In this document: one piece after another, positions 14,181-22,680 of the stretch | Layout: every line of letters begins with the position of its first letter | Numbering within the stretch: the stretch's first letter is position 1 | DNA from: Bacteroidota bacterium | GTDB taxonomy: Bacteria; Bacteroidota; Bacteroidia; Chitinophagales; Chitinophagaceae | DNA: 32,000 nt | Reading direction: 5' to 3' | Assembly: GCA_023423405.1 (NCBI GenBank) | Contig: JAFAFR010000099.1 | Span: 16,293 to 48,292 of the forward strand | Made by a program: the position numbers and the translations under genes | Notes under the pieces: generated by a model | Told to the model about the DNA's origin: nothing | What the model saw: only the letters and a program-made list of their open reading frames with translations | Databases searched by the model: none

Positions 14181-16484
14181 ATGTTTATCAGTTTACCCGA
14201 GCTGGCTACCTGCCTGAAAGAAGAATTCAATCTCACCGGTGATCTGCAACCGCTGAATGGATACGACGAGCAGAATACGCTGCTCACCACCGCCAGCGGC
14301 GCGCGATACGTATGCAAACTGGCGGGCCCGCAACACGATCTTTTTTTCCTGGAAGCGCAGCTTCTTATGCTCGAACATCTCCGCAAACAGGGGCTGGACA
14401 AGGGTTTTCAGCAACCGGTCCCAAGTCGCGACGGCCGTTTGATCGCGATCATCAGCCATGGCGAAAACCGTTATTTCCTTCGCGTGCTGAATTACCTGGA
14501 AGGCGAATTCCTGGTCAAAAAGCCGGCCCACAGCAATGCCTTATTGCACAGCATCGGCCTTGCCCTGGGGGAAATGGATAAGGCCCTGTGTGGCTTTCAC
14601 CATCCGGCTTTCCAGCGGCATTATGAGTGGGATATCAGCAATGCGCTGGATGCCCGGCAATACATGCCTTATATCAGCCATCCTGAACAAAAGCGCCTGG
14701 TATCTTATTTCCTGTTGCAGTTTGAAACCGAAGTGTTGCCCCTGCTCCCAAAGCTGCGCAAAGCCTGCATTCACAACGATGCCAACGATTACAATGTGCT
14801 GGTGCGCGATGAACAGTTTGCCGGGCTGATTGATTTTGGTGACGCGGTACATGCGCCCCTGGTCAATAACCTGGCGGTAGCTGTCACTTATGCAATGTTG
14901 TCGAAGCCCGATCCGCTGCAGGCGGCGGTGGAACTGGTGAGAGGGTACCACCAGGCCTATCCTCTGCAGGAACAGGAACTTGGACTATTATATTATCTCG
15001 TTGCTGCGCGTTTGTGCATCAGCGTTGGTAAATCGGCCTTTAACCATGCGAGCGACAGCGACAACCAGCACCACTTCGTTACGGAAGCACCGGCCTGGAA
15101 ACTCGTCTACCAGTGGATCGAACTGAACCCGCTGAAAGCGGAGCATGCATTCCGCCTGGCCTGTGGCATGCCGGGATGCATCGAAGAAGAAGGTTATGAA
15201 GAACTGCTGATGCGCCGGCACGCCCACATTGGCCGCAACCTGAGCATCGGTTACCAAAAGAAACTGAAAATAGTGAAGGGTGCGCTGCAGTACCTGTACG
15301 ATGACAAAGGAAATACCTATGTGGACTGCGTGAACAACGTAAGCCATGTGGGTCACTGCCACCCGGACGTAGTAAAAGCCATGCAGCGGCAAATCGCTAC
15401 CCTGAACACCAACACGCGTTACCTCAGCGATCACCTGGTGAACTACGCCGAGCTGCTCACGGCGACGCTACCGGAAAAACTGAAAGTCTGTTATTTCACC
15501 AACTCCGGCAGTGAAGCCAACGACCTGGCCATCCGCATGAGCCGCCACTTCACCAAACAGAAAGACGTTGTGGTGCTCGACCATGCCTATCACGGCACGT
15601 CCACGGTTGCCATGGAAATGAGTCCCTATAAATTTGACGGTAAAGGTGGATTCGGCAAAATGCCTTACATCCACAAAGCCATGAATCCCGATGGCTATCG
15701 TGGACCGTATAAAGTTTCCGATCCCGAGGCGGGTGAAAAATATGCCGCCGATATAAAGCGGATCATTACAGAACTGGCAAAAGAAGGCAGAAAGCCCGCA
15801 GCTTTTATCTGCGAAACCCTGCTGGGTGTAGGCGGACAAATTCCGCTGCCACAGGGCTACCTGCAGGCGGCCTACCGCGAAGCGCGGAAAGCCGGCGCCA
15901 TCTGCATTGCCGACGAAGTGCAGGTGGGTTTCGGCAGGGTAGGGGATGCTTTCTGGGGATTTGAGCTCCAGGACGTGAAGCCAGATATTGTGGTATTGGG
16001 AAAACCTATCGGTAATGGTCACCCGCTGGCGGCAGTGGTGGTTACCGAAGAAATTGCCGATGCCTTCAACAACGGTATGGAATACTTCAATACCTATGGC
16101 GGCAACCCGGTGTCCATGGTCACGGGAAGAGCCGTGCTGCAGGTGATACAGCAGGAAGATCTGCAGGAACATGCGCGCGAAACAGGTAACTACCTCATGG
16201 AAGCACTCCGGGAGCTGGCGCCGAAGCACCGGCTCATAGGCGATGTAAGAGGTCATGGACTTTTTGTAGGTGTGGAGCTGGTGCGCAATACCGGCAGCCT
16301 TGAGCCCGCCGTTCCTGAAATAGATGAGATCGTGGAAGAAATGAAGAACCGGGGCTACCTGCTGAGTACGGATGGACCTCTTCACAACGTGCTGAAAATA
16401 AAACCGCCGCTGGTCTTTAACAAACAGAACGCAGACGGACTGGTTGCTTCGCTCGATGCAGTGATGACCAGTCTGGGTTATTGA
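14181..16484 (+). CDS. Bifunctional fusion: hydroxylysine-kinase-like (APH-fold) domain + AGXT2L-type class-III aminotransferase-fold phospho-lyase-like domain
   Basis: 767 aa with no signal peptide. The N-terminal ~335 aa carry a Brenner motif HNDANDYN (14772-14795), IDFGD (14829-14843), and LRVLNYLEGEF and FHHP, as I recall for HYKK/AGPHD1. The C-terminal ~430 aa carry NNVSHVGHCHP, CYFTNSGSEANDLA, ADEVQVGFGRVG, a PLP-Lys in VLGKPIGNGHP (K608, 16002-16004), MEYFNTYGGNPVS and NVLKIKPP. These closely resemble ETNPPL/PHYKPL as recalled. It starts 8 nt after the GH63-like stop. Confidence 0.85.
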   Translation: MFISLPELATCLKEEFNLTGDLQPLNGYDEQNTLLTTASGARYVCKLAGPQHDLFFLEAQLLMLEHLRKQGLDKGFQQPVPSRDGRLIAIISHGENRYFLRVLNYLEGEFLVKKPAHSNALLHSIGLALGEMDKALCGFHHPAFQRHYEWDISNALDARQYMPYISHPEQKRLVSYFLLQFETEVLPLLPKLRKACIHNDANDYNVLVRDEQFAGLIDFGDAVHAPLVNNLAVAVTYAMLSKPDPLQAAVELVRGYHQAYPLQEQELGLLYYLVAARLCISVGKSAFNHASDSDNQHHFVTEAPAWKLVYQWIELNPLKAEHAFRLACGMPGCIEEEGYEELLMRRHAHIGRNLSIGYQKKLKIVKGALQYLYDDKGNTYVDCVNNVSHVGHCHPDVVKAMQRQIATLNTNTRYLSDHLVNYAELLTATLPEKLKVCYFTNSGSEANDLAIRMSRHFTKQKDVVVLDHAYHGTSTVAMEMSPYKFDGKGGFGKMPYIHKAMNPDGYRGPYKVSDPEAGEKYAADIKRIITELAKEGRKPAAFICETLLGVGGQIPLPQGYLQAAYREARKAGAICIADEVQVGFGRVGDAFWGFELQDVKPDIVVLGKPIGNGHPLAAVVVTEEIADAFNNGMEYFNTYGGNPVSMVTGRAVLQVIQQEDLQEHARETGNYLMEALRELAPKHRLIGDVRGHGLFVGVELVRNTGSLEPAVPEIDEIVEEMKNRGYLLSTDGPLHNVLKIKPPLVFNKQNADGLVASLDAVMTSLGY

Positions 16485-16514
16485 GCAATACCCCCGTTAA
16501 AACAAAATTTGCAT

Positions 16515-17417
16515 ATGGAAAAACAAACAGCCACACGCGCAGCCGTGCTGGAAGGCCTCATGCGCCGCTACCGGGAACGGGTACCCGATGTGAACGCCAT
16601 CATCCTCGCGATGATCAAGGAAGGCATTATCCGACAGGCGGAAGACATCGAGAACGACCACATTGCCTTCCGCACGCTGGGTGTGTCACATCTTGGGATC
16701 GCTTCCCTCGAAAAAATATTCCTGCACCTCGGTTACGAAAAAAAGGATTACTATTCTTTTGAAGAAAAGAAACTGAACGCCTATTGGTATGCGCCCCCGG
16801 TGCCCGGCGAGCCGCGCATTTTTGTCAGTGAATTGCGTGTGCAGGAACTAGGGCCTGCTGCACAGGAAATTGTTCGGAAATACACCGCAGGCATTCAGCA
16901 GGATCCGGTAGACCAACTCAACCTCGACGATGCGGCGCAGGTGGACGAATTCCTGCACAGCGGCCTCTGGGAAACGCCTTCACTGGCCGATTACAGCCTG
17001 CTGCTGGAGGAAAGTGAGTACGCAGCCTGGGTGATCTTCAACCGTTATTATCTGAACCATTTTACCATCAGCGTCCATAATCTTAAAGAGGGCTATAACA
17101 CCATCCCGGCCTTTAACACGTTCCTGGAAAATGCAGGATTTGTATTGAACGACGCGGGCGGAAAAATTAAAACCAGTCCCGACGGTAACCTGCTGCAGAG
17201 CGCCACAATAGCGAAAAAGATCCGGGCTTCTTTTGCGGGCGGCGAAGAACAGCTCATTCCAGGGTCTTACGTGGAATTTGCAGAACGCAAAGTATTACCG
17301 GCTTTCCGCGAATTGCCCGGAGACACCATTGAACGCAGCCATCGCCGCGAGGGTTTTGAAGCAGCCAATGCCAACCGTATTTTTGAAAGCACGTACCGCG
17401 GGCAAACAGAACGCTGA
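16515..17417 (+). CDS. DUF1338 family protein (2-oxoadipate dioxygenase/decarboxylase HglS / YdcJ family, short form)
   Basis: Candidate His/His/Glu metal triad contexts NDHIAFRTLG, YYLNHFTISV and GSYVEFAERK, as in DUF1338. The ORF-track start 16509 is TTG. The first ATG is at 16515, about 30 nt after the fusion gene. Confidence 0.75.
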   Translation: MEKQTATRAAVLEGLMRRYRERVPDVNAIILAMIKEGIIRQAEDIENDHIAFRTLGVSHLGIASLEKIFLHLGYEKKDYYSFEEKKLNAYWYAPPVPGEPRIFVSELRVQELGPAAQEIVRKYTAGIQQDPVDQLNLDDAAQVDEFLHSGLWETPSLADYSLLLEESEYAAWVIFNRYYLNHFTISVHNLKEGYNTIPAFNTFLENAGFVLNDAGGKIKTSPDGNLLQSATIAKKIRASFAGGEEQLIPGSYVEFAERKVLPAFRELPGDTIERSHRREGFEAANANRIFESTYRGQTER

Positions 17418-17449
17418 AAAATCAAACAACCGGGTAAATAAGGATCAGG

Positions 17450-17457
17450 TATTTTTG
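17450..17457 (+). promoter_or_regulatory. Candidate Bacteroidota -7 promoter box (TAnnTTTG)
   Basis: TATTTTTG is a perfect match to TAnnTTTG and lies 20 nt upstream of ATG 17477. It sits in the 59-nt gap after the DUF1338 gene. A single motif match only. Confidence 0.35.
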
Positions 17458-17476
17458 CAGATAAAGCAAACATACC

Positions 17477-18190
17477 ATGACGCAGAAAAAGTCGACCGTT
17501 GAAGAGATCAGGGCCAGGTTTGACCAGGACGTGGAAAGATTCTCTAACCTGGAATCGGGACAGTTGTCTACCATTGATGCAGCCATTTCGCTGGAGCTGA
17601 TCACGGAAGCATCGAAAAGGCTGGTGCCACATGCCACGCAATTGCTCGACATTGGCTGCGGCGCCGGGAACTACACGCTGAAAATGTTGCAGAAACTGCC
17701 GGGACTTACCTGCACATTGCTGGACCTGAGCCAACCCATGTTGGAACGTGCAGCGCAACGAGTAGGCGCCGCAACTACAGGTGCGGTCACTACCGTACAG
17801 GCCGATTTCCGCGAAGCCGGTCTCCCGGAAAACCAATACGACATCATACTGGCGGGTGCTGTTTTGCATCACCTGCGCGACGACGCCGATTGGGAAAGCA
17901 GCTTTGCGAAACTCTATGCCCTTTTGAAGAAGGGCGGCTGCCTCATGATCTCCGACCTGGTTACCCAGGACGATGAAAGGCTCACCGCCTATACCTGGGA
18001 ACGTTATGGCGACTACCTGGAAGCCACGGGTGGCGCGGATTACCGGCAAAAAGTACTCGATTACGTAGCGAAGGAGGATTCGCCCCGTTCGGTTACCTAT
18101 CAGTTGGCGCTGATGAAACGGCTCGGTTTCCGCGAAGTGGAAATCCTGCACAAGAACATGTGCTTCGCTGCCTTTGGCGGTATTAAATAA
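17477..18190 (+). CDS. Class I SAM-dependent methyltransferase
   Basis: SAM-binding motif I LLDIGCGAGNYTLKML, an acidic post-I residue (LLDLSQPML) and motif II/III-like DIILAGAVLHHL..GGCLMISD. Substrate unknown. Confidence 0.8.
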   Translation: MTQKKSTVEEIRARFDQDVERFSNLESGQLSTIDAAISLELITEASKRLVPHATQLLDIGCGAGNYTLKMLQKLPGLTCTLLDLSQPMLERAAQRVGAATTGAVTTVQADFREAGLPENQYDIILAGAVLHHLRDDADWESSFAKLYALLKKGGCLMISDLVTQDDERLTAYTWERYGDYLEATGGADYRQKVLDYVAKEDSPRSVTYQLALMKRLGFREVEILHKNMCFAAFGGIK

Positions 18191-18266
18191 GATGCCTGAT
18201 TTTCGCCAGCCCCTTGACGCGCCCCAAAAATTGGAGTAGTTTTATGCCGGACCTAAACCGGTAGCA

Positions 18267-18899
18267 ATGAAATACCTGCATCATCACTGCCAGCGTTACC
18301 TGACCGTCCTGGTTTTTGCAATGAACCTTCCCCTGCTCATGCCCGCGCAAACGTCCAAACCCTGGACGGAAAAGGACCGGCAATACCTGGTTGACAATCT
18401 CCGGAGAACCCGCGACGCACTGGCAAAAGAATGCGAATCGCTCACGGCCGAACAATGGGCATACAAGACAGACTCCTCGCAATGGTGCATTGGCCAGGTA
18501 TTGGAACACCTGGGATTGTACGAACGGATCTTTGCGCAGGAAGCCGATATCATGCTGAGCACTCCGCCCAACCCGGAGATGAACAAAAACGCTCTACCCG
18601 ATTCTGCTTATCTTTCCTGGATGAATGACCCCAGCCCGCACAAGGCGGAATGGAATGCAGAACCACTCGGGCTGATGAAAGGAAAAGACAATCTCCGTTT
18701 TTTTCTCTTTGGGCGCGATCACCTGATCGGCTTTATCCGCGAAACCAGCTACGACCTGAAATCACATTTCACCTATCGCTGGGGCGACGAGAAACGGCGA
18801 AGCATACACGCACTCATGGTGGTTCATTTCGGACATACCGACAGGCACCTGCGCCAGGTCCTCCGGATCAAAGCGATGCCCGGCTATCCTAAATCCTGA
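18267..18899 (+). CDS. DinB-family (DinB_2-like) four-helix-bundle protein, secreted
   Basis: N-terminal signal-like segment (LTVLVFAMNLPLLMPAQ). DinB-like pattern: LVDNLRRTRDAL..LTAEQW..WCIGQVLEHL..HFGHTDRHLRQV, with conserved His positions. Confidence 0.65.
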   Translation: MKYLHHHCQRYLTVLVFAMNLPLLMPAQTSKPWTEKDRQYLVDNLRRTRDALAKECESLTAEQWAYKTDSSQWCIGQVLEHLGLYERIFAQEADIMLSTPPNPEMNKNALPDSAYLSWMNDPSPHKAEWNAEPLGLMKGKDNLRFFLFGRDHLIGFIRETSYDLKSHFTYRWGDEKRRSIHALMVVHFGHTDRHLRQVLRIKAMPGYPKS

Positions 18900-18904
18900 T
18901 ACCC

Positions 18905-19633
18905 ATGTTTCGCCACCAGGGAAAAACCCGCACCTACGCCCACAACCTTCGCATCGCCTCTTTATTGTCTTTTGTAGCAGGACTCGTGAATGTGGTTGGC
19001 TTCCTGGCGGTGCAACGGCTTACCACCAATGTTACCGGGCACTTTGCCTTTTTTGTGGATGAAGTGTTCAAGCTGAATTTCTGGGGTGGACTGATCTACT
19101 TTTTTTACATCTTCTTTTTCTTCCTGGGTTCTTTTGTATCGAGTATGCTCATCGAGATCATGCAGCGCAAAAACGAGCAGTATATTTACGTGGTGCCCAC
19201 GCTCATAGAATGTATCATTCTTTTTTGCATCGGCGCCGTTGGTATGGAACTGGCATTTTCCGATCCTGACCTGATTGCATTCAGCTTGCTGTTTGCGATG
19301 GGATTACAGAACTCGCTCGTCACTACCATTTCGAGCGCTACCGTACGCACAACACACCTCACCGGCCTGTTCACCGATCTGGGCATCGAATTGTCGCAGT
19401 TGTTCTTTTACCGCGAGCCAGGGCAGAAGAAGAAATTGCTATCCTCCATCCGACTGCGGTTCACCATTATCAGTTTCTTTTTTATTGGCGGTGTGCTGGG
19501 TGGTGTGGCTTATGCGCGGTTCCAGTTGCATACCCTGCTCTTCGGTTCCCTGTCCCTGTTAGTGGGATTGATCTACGACAACATCAAATACCGCTTCATC
19601 CTGCTGCGCCGAAGGATAAAAGGCAATGGCTGA
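18905..19633 (+). CDS. YoaK/DUF1275-family inner-membrane protein
   Basis: Multi-TM hydrophobic protein carrying the family-typical LLSFVAGLVNVVGFLAVQRLTTNVTGHF and VRTTHLTGLFTDLG segments. Confidence 0.75.
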   Translation: MFRHQGKTRTYAHNLRIASLLSFVAGLVNVVGFLAVQRLTTNVTGHFAFFVDEVFKLNFWGGLIYFFYIFFFFLGSFVSSMLIEIMQRKNEQYIYVVPTLIECIILFCIGAVGMELAFSDPDLIAFSLLFAMGLQNSLVTTISSATVRTTHLTGLFTDLGIELSQLFFYREPGQKKKLLSSIRLRFTIISFFFIGGVLGGVAYARFQLHTLLFGSLSLLVGLIYDNIKYRFILLRRRIKGNG

Positions 19634-20407
19634 TCATTTCATCACCGAACTGATCCCCGCTTCAAGATGCTGCAGGAACAGCGGTTCGCTGTAGCTCTCC
19701 TTCGTGTGTCCGAGGGCGGTATAAAAAACTTTTCCGCCTTCAAAATCCTGGTACCAGGCCGCAGGATGATGGCCGTTCATATTACCACCCTGGTAAGAGC
19801 TTTCATCCAGCAGCAGCAACACTTTCACCTGGTCGTTGAAGTTTTTGAAATTATACCATTCATCTTTGCGGCTCCAGTCCTGCGGCAGCATGGCGGTGGC
19901 GGCATGAGCAAGAGGCGTTTTGTGCAGCGTGGCCGTTTGCTGTGCAGGATGACTGTCGAACCAGCCGCCCATCATGCGGTTGTACCAGGGCCAGTCGTAT
20001 TCACAGTCGGTGGCTGCATGCACGCCGGCAATACCGCCGCCTGCATGCACATAATCCTGCAATGCTTTTTCTCCTTTCCCATCAAATACATTGCCCGTGT
20101 TATTGAGCAGCACAATGGCAGAAAAACCGGCGATCCTGTTATCGGTGAAATAACTGGTGTCTTCCGTGGCAACCACTTCCCAGTGATTACGAACGCCCAT
20201 GGCTTTGATTGCAGCGATACCGTCGGGAATGGACTCGTGGCGAAACCCGCGCGTGGCGGAGAACACCAGCAGTTTTTTACCAGCGCCGGCAATGACGCCG
20301 GACGCTGAACCCGTATCCTTATCCGCACCGGAAGAATGATTCTTTGAACTCTTACAGGCAGCGAGGCCCAGCAGGGCCATCATTACAAAACAACAATGCT
20401 TGAACAT
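19634..20407 (-). CDS. ThuA-domain protein (trehalose-utilisation ThuA family), lipoprotein
   Basis: Lipoprotein signal MMALLGLAAC. ThuA-like motifs are LVFSATRGFRHESIP, GGGIAGVHAA, HPAAWYQ and GGKVFYTALGH. It abuts the convergent YoaK gene with a 0-nt gap. Confidence 0.8.
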   Translation of the reverse strand: MFKHCCFVMMALLGLAACKSSKNHSSGADKDTGSASGVIAGAGKKLLVFSATRGFRHESIPDGIAAIKAMGVRNHWEVVATEDTSYFTDNRIAGFSAIVLLNNTGNVFDGKGEKALQDYVHAGGGIAGVHAATDCEYDWPWYNRMMGGWFDSHPAQQTATLHKTPLAHAATAMLPQDWSRKDEWYNFKNFNDQVKVLLLLDESSYQGGNMNGHHPAAWYQDFEGGKVFYTALGHTKESYSEPLFLQHLEAGISSVMK

Positions 20408-20423
20408 GGCAGCAACAGCATTT

Positions 20424-20452
20424 AAAAAAAGAGGCTGCCCTCAGCAGCCTCT
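20424..20452 (-). terminator. Rho-independent terminator downstream of the DUF1080 gene
   Basis: 9-bp stem AGAGGCTGC (20430-20438) / GCAGCCTCT (20444-20452) with a 5-nt loop. On the minus strand it is followed by TTTTTTT (plus-strand A-run 20424-20430). It lies between the DUF1080 stop (20458) and the ThuA start (20407). Confidence 0.6.
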
Positions 20453-20457
20453 TCCGG

Positions 20458-21201
20458 TTATAATTTGCGGATCTTGATGTTCTTGAACCAAACGGCATTG
20501 CCGTGGTCCTGCAGGGCAATATGGCCGCCATGGGCTGTGCCGAAATCGGACTGGTTTTTGAACTTGCTCGCAGCGATGAGGGCCTTCCAGTTATCGTCCC
20601 ACATGGTAGTGCTCACCGTGGTTACGCCGTTCAGTTTGATCTCTAGCTGGTTGCCTTTCTGGATGATTTCGCAATGGTTCCATTCGCCCACGGGCTTCAC
20701 CGGTTCTACGGTGGACGCGATGAGGTCGTAGAGATTCGCTGCGCGGTGTTTGTAAATTTTTCCATCGGGATGGCCATCGTTGTCCAGCACCTGGATCTCC
20801 GGACCGGTCAACCATACAAACTCGTATTTCGGCCGGTCGTCCACCACGTTGATGATGATGCCGCTGTTGCCTTTGGGAGAAATTTTCCAGTCGAGCGCGA
20901 GGTGATAATTTTCAAATACGCCATCGGAAACAATGTCTCCGCCTCCACGCACCTGCCAGCCATCTTTTTTGGCATCGTCAAGGAAAATGGCGCCGTCCTG
21001 CACCTGCCAGGCCGATCCTACTTCTGTTTTTCCATAGGTATGCCAGCCCTTGAAACTACTGCCATCGAAGAGCAGTTCCCAGCCATCGGCTTTTTCTTTG
21101 GAAGAAAGTGTATTGTCGGCCACAGCCTGCGCTTTTTTGGAACCGGAACAGGCAACCAGTCCAATAGCGACCAGGGTTGCCAGGGAAAGGGTTCTCAGCA
21201 T
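20458..21201 (-). CDS. DUF1080 protein (3-keto-disaccharide hydrolase family, PF06439), lipoprotein
   Basis: Lipoprotein signal LVAIGLVAC. Family pattern: GWELLFDGSSFKGWHTYG, WQVQDGAI, FENYHLALDWKISPKGNSGI, EIQVLDN, IALQDHGNAVWFKNIKIRKL. Confidence 0.85.
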   Translation of the reverse strand: MLRTLSLATLVAIGLVACSGSKKAQAVADNTLSSKEKADGWELLFDGSSFKGWHTYGKTEVGSAWQVQDGAIFLDDAKKDGWQVRGGGDIVSDGVFENYHLALDWKISPKGNSGIIINVVDDRPKYEFVWLTGPEIQVLDNDGHPDGKIYKHRAANLYDLIASTVEPVKPVGEWNHCEIIQKGNQLEIKLNGVTTVSTTMWDDNWKALIAASKFKNQSDFGTAHGGHIALQDHGNAVWFKNIKIRKL

Positions 21202-21202
21202 T

Positions 21203-21598
21203 TTATTGGTTTTTAAGGGTAAGAATGTATTTCACCATGGTTTTGGCATCGTCTTCGCTCAGTTGCGGGTGCGGGGTCATGGGCACGGTTCCCCATACGC
21301 CACTGCCGCCTTTGATGATCTTTGAAGCAAGATCAGCAACTACGGCATCGCTGGCTTCGTATTTTTTGGCCACTTCCTGGTAAGAGGGACCAATGGCTTT
21401 TTCGTTCACTTTGTGACAGGTAAGGCAATCGCTGCCGGCAATCAGTTCTACTCCTTTCTCCTCGTCTGCCGAAGGGGCGGCCGGTTGCTCGGTAGCCGGC
21501 GCAGCACTGGTGTTATCGCTCGCTTTTTTCTCGGAACCGCCGTTTCCGCAGGCAATCGCCATTGCACTGATGCCTGCAAGGATGAAATACTTCTTCAT
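21203..21598 (-). CDS. Monoheme class-I c-type cytochrome, lipid-anchored with flexible linker
   Basis: Single CLTCH heme motif (21413-21427, verified by reverse translation) with a distal Met context GTVPMTPHP. Lipobox MAIAC (Cys17), followed by an Ala/Pro/Glu-rich linker (SEKKASDNTSAAPATEQPAAPSADEEKG). Only 1 nt separates it from the DUF1080 gene. Confidence 0.85.
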   Translation of the reverse strand: MKKYFILAGISAMAIACGNGGSEKKASDNTSAAPATEQPAAPSADEEKGVELIAGSDCLTCHKVNEKAIGPSYQEVAKKYEASDAVVADLASKIIKGGSGVWGTVPMTPHPQLSEDDAKTMVKYILTLKNQ

Positions 21599-21609
21599 GA
21601 TAGTTGTTT

Positions 21610-22662
21610 TTATATGCCAAGAATTTTTTTATTGAAAGCTTCGTCGGAACCGGTTCCCGCGAAGTCGTCGAATGCTTTTTCGGTTACACGTATGATGTGA
21701 TCACGGATAAAGATACCACCTTCTGCCGCACCGTCTTCCGGATGTTTCAGGCAGCATTCCCATTCCATTACTGCCCAGCCCTTGAAATCGTAAGCGGCCA
21801 GTTTGCTGAAAATGGAGCCGAAGTCCACCTGCCCATCACCCAGCGAACGGAAGCGCCCGGCCCGGTCGATCCAGCCCTGGTAGCCGCCGTACACGCCCTG
21901 GCGCCCGGTGGGATTGAATTCTGCATCTTTCACATGGAACATGCGGATCCTTTCGTGGTAGATGTCGATGTACTCCAGGTAGTCCAGGCACTGCAGTACA
22001 AAATGCGAGGGATCATATAACAGGCAGGCGCGGGGATGGTTGTTCACTTCTTTCAGGAACATTTCATAACTCACGCCGTCGTGCAGGTCTTCGCCCGGAT
22101 GGATTTCATAACAGAGATCCACACCCGAAGCATCGAACACATCGAGAATGGGCTTCCAGCGTCGTGCCAGTTCCCGGAAACCGGTTTCCACCAGTCCCGC
22201 GGGCCGCTGCGGCCAGGGATATACGGTATGCCATAACAAGGCCCCGCTAAAAGTGGCGTGGGCATTGAGTCCCAGGTTTTCGGAAGCTTTGGCGGCATAT
22301 TTCAGTTGCTGCACGGCCCAGTCGGTACGGGCGCTGGCATTGCCGCGCACCGCTTCCGGCGCAAAGCCGTCGAACAGTTCATTGTAGGCGGGATGCACCG
22401 CTACCAGTTGTCCCTGCAGGTGCGTGCTGAGCTCGGTAATTTCAAGGCCGCAGTCGGTTACAATTCCTTTGATCTCATCGGCATAGGTTTTACTTTCCGC
22501 CGCCAGTTGAAGATCGATGCAGCGCGGATCCCAGGTGGGGATTTGCACACCTTTGAATCCCAGCGATTCGGCCCAGAGGCAAATGGATTGCAAATTGTTG
22601 AAGGGAGCTTTGTCTCCCAGGAACTGGGCGAGAAAAATGCCCGGCCCTTTTAATGTTGTCAT
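21610..22662 (-). CDS. Sugar phosphate isomerase/epimerase (xylose-isomerase-like TIM barrel), cytoplasmic
   Basis: 350 aa with no signal peptide. TIM-barrel family segments are GFKGVQIP, CYEIHPGEDL, MFHVKDAEF and GWAVMEWE. Confidence 0.8.
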   Translation of the reverse strand: MTTLKGPGIFLAQFLGDKAPFNNLQSICLWAESLGFKGVQIPTWDPRCIDLQLAAESKTYADEIKGIVTDCGLEITELSTHLQGQLVAVHPAYNELFDGFAPEAVRGNASARTDWAVQQLKYAAKASENLGLNAHATFSGALLWHTVYPWPQRPAGLVETGFRELARRWKPILDVFDASGVDLCYEIHPGEDLHDGVSYEMFLKEVNNHPRACLLYDPSHFVLQCLDYLEYIDIYHERIRMFHVKDAEFNPTGRQGVYGGYQGWIDRAGRFRSLGDGQVDFGSIFSKLAAYDFKGWAVMEWECCLKHPEDGAAEGGIFIRDHIIRVTEKAFDDFAGTGSDEAFNKKILGI

Positions 22663-22680
22663 CGTAACAGGGTTTTGTTA

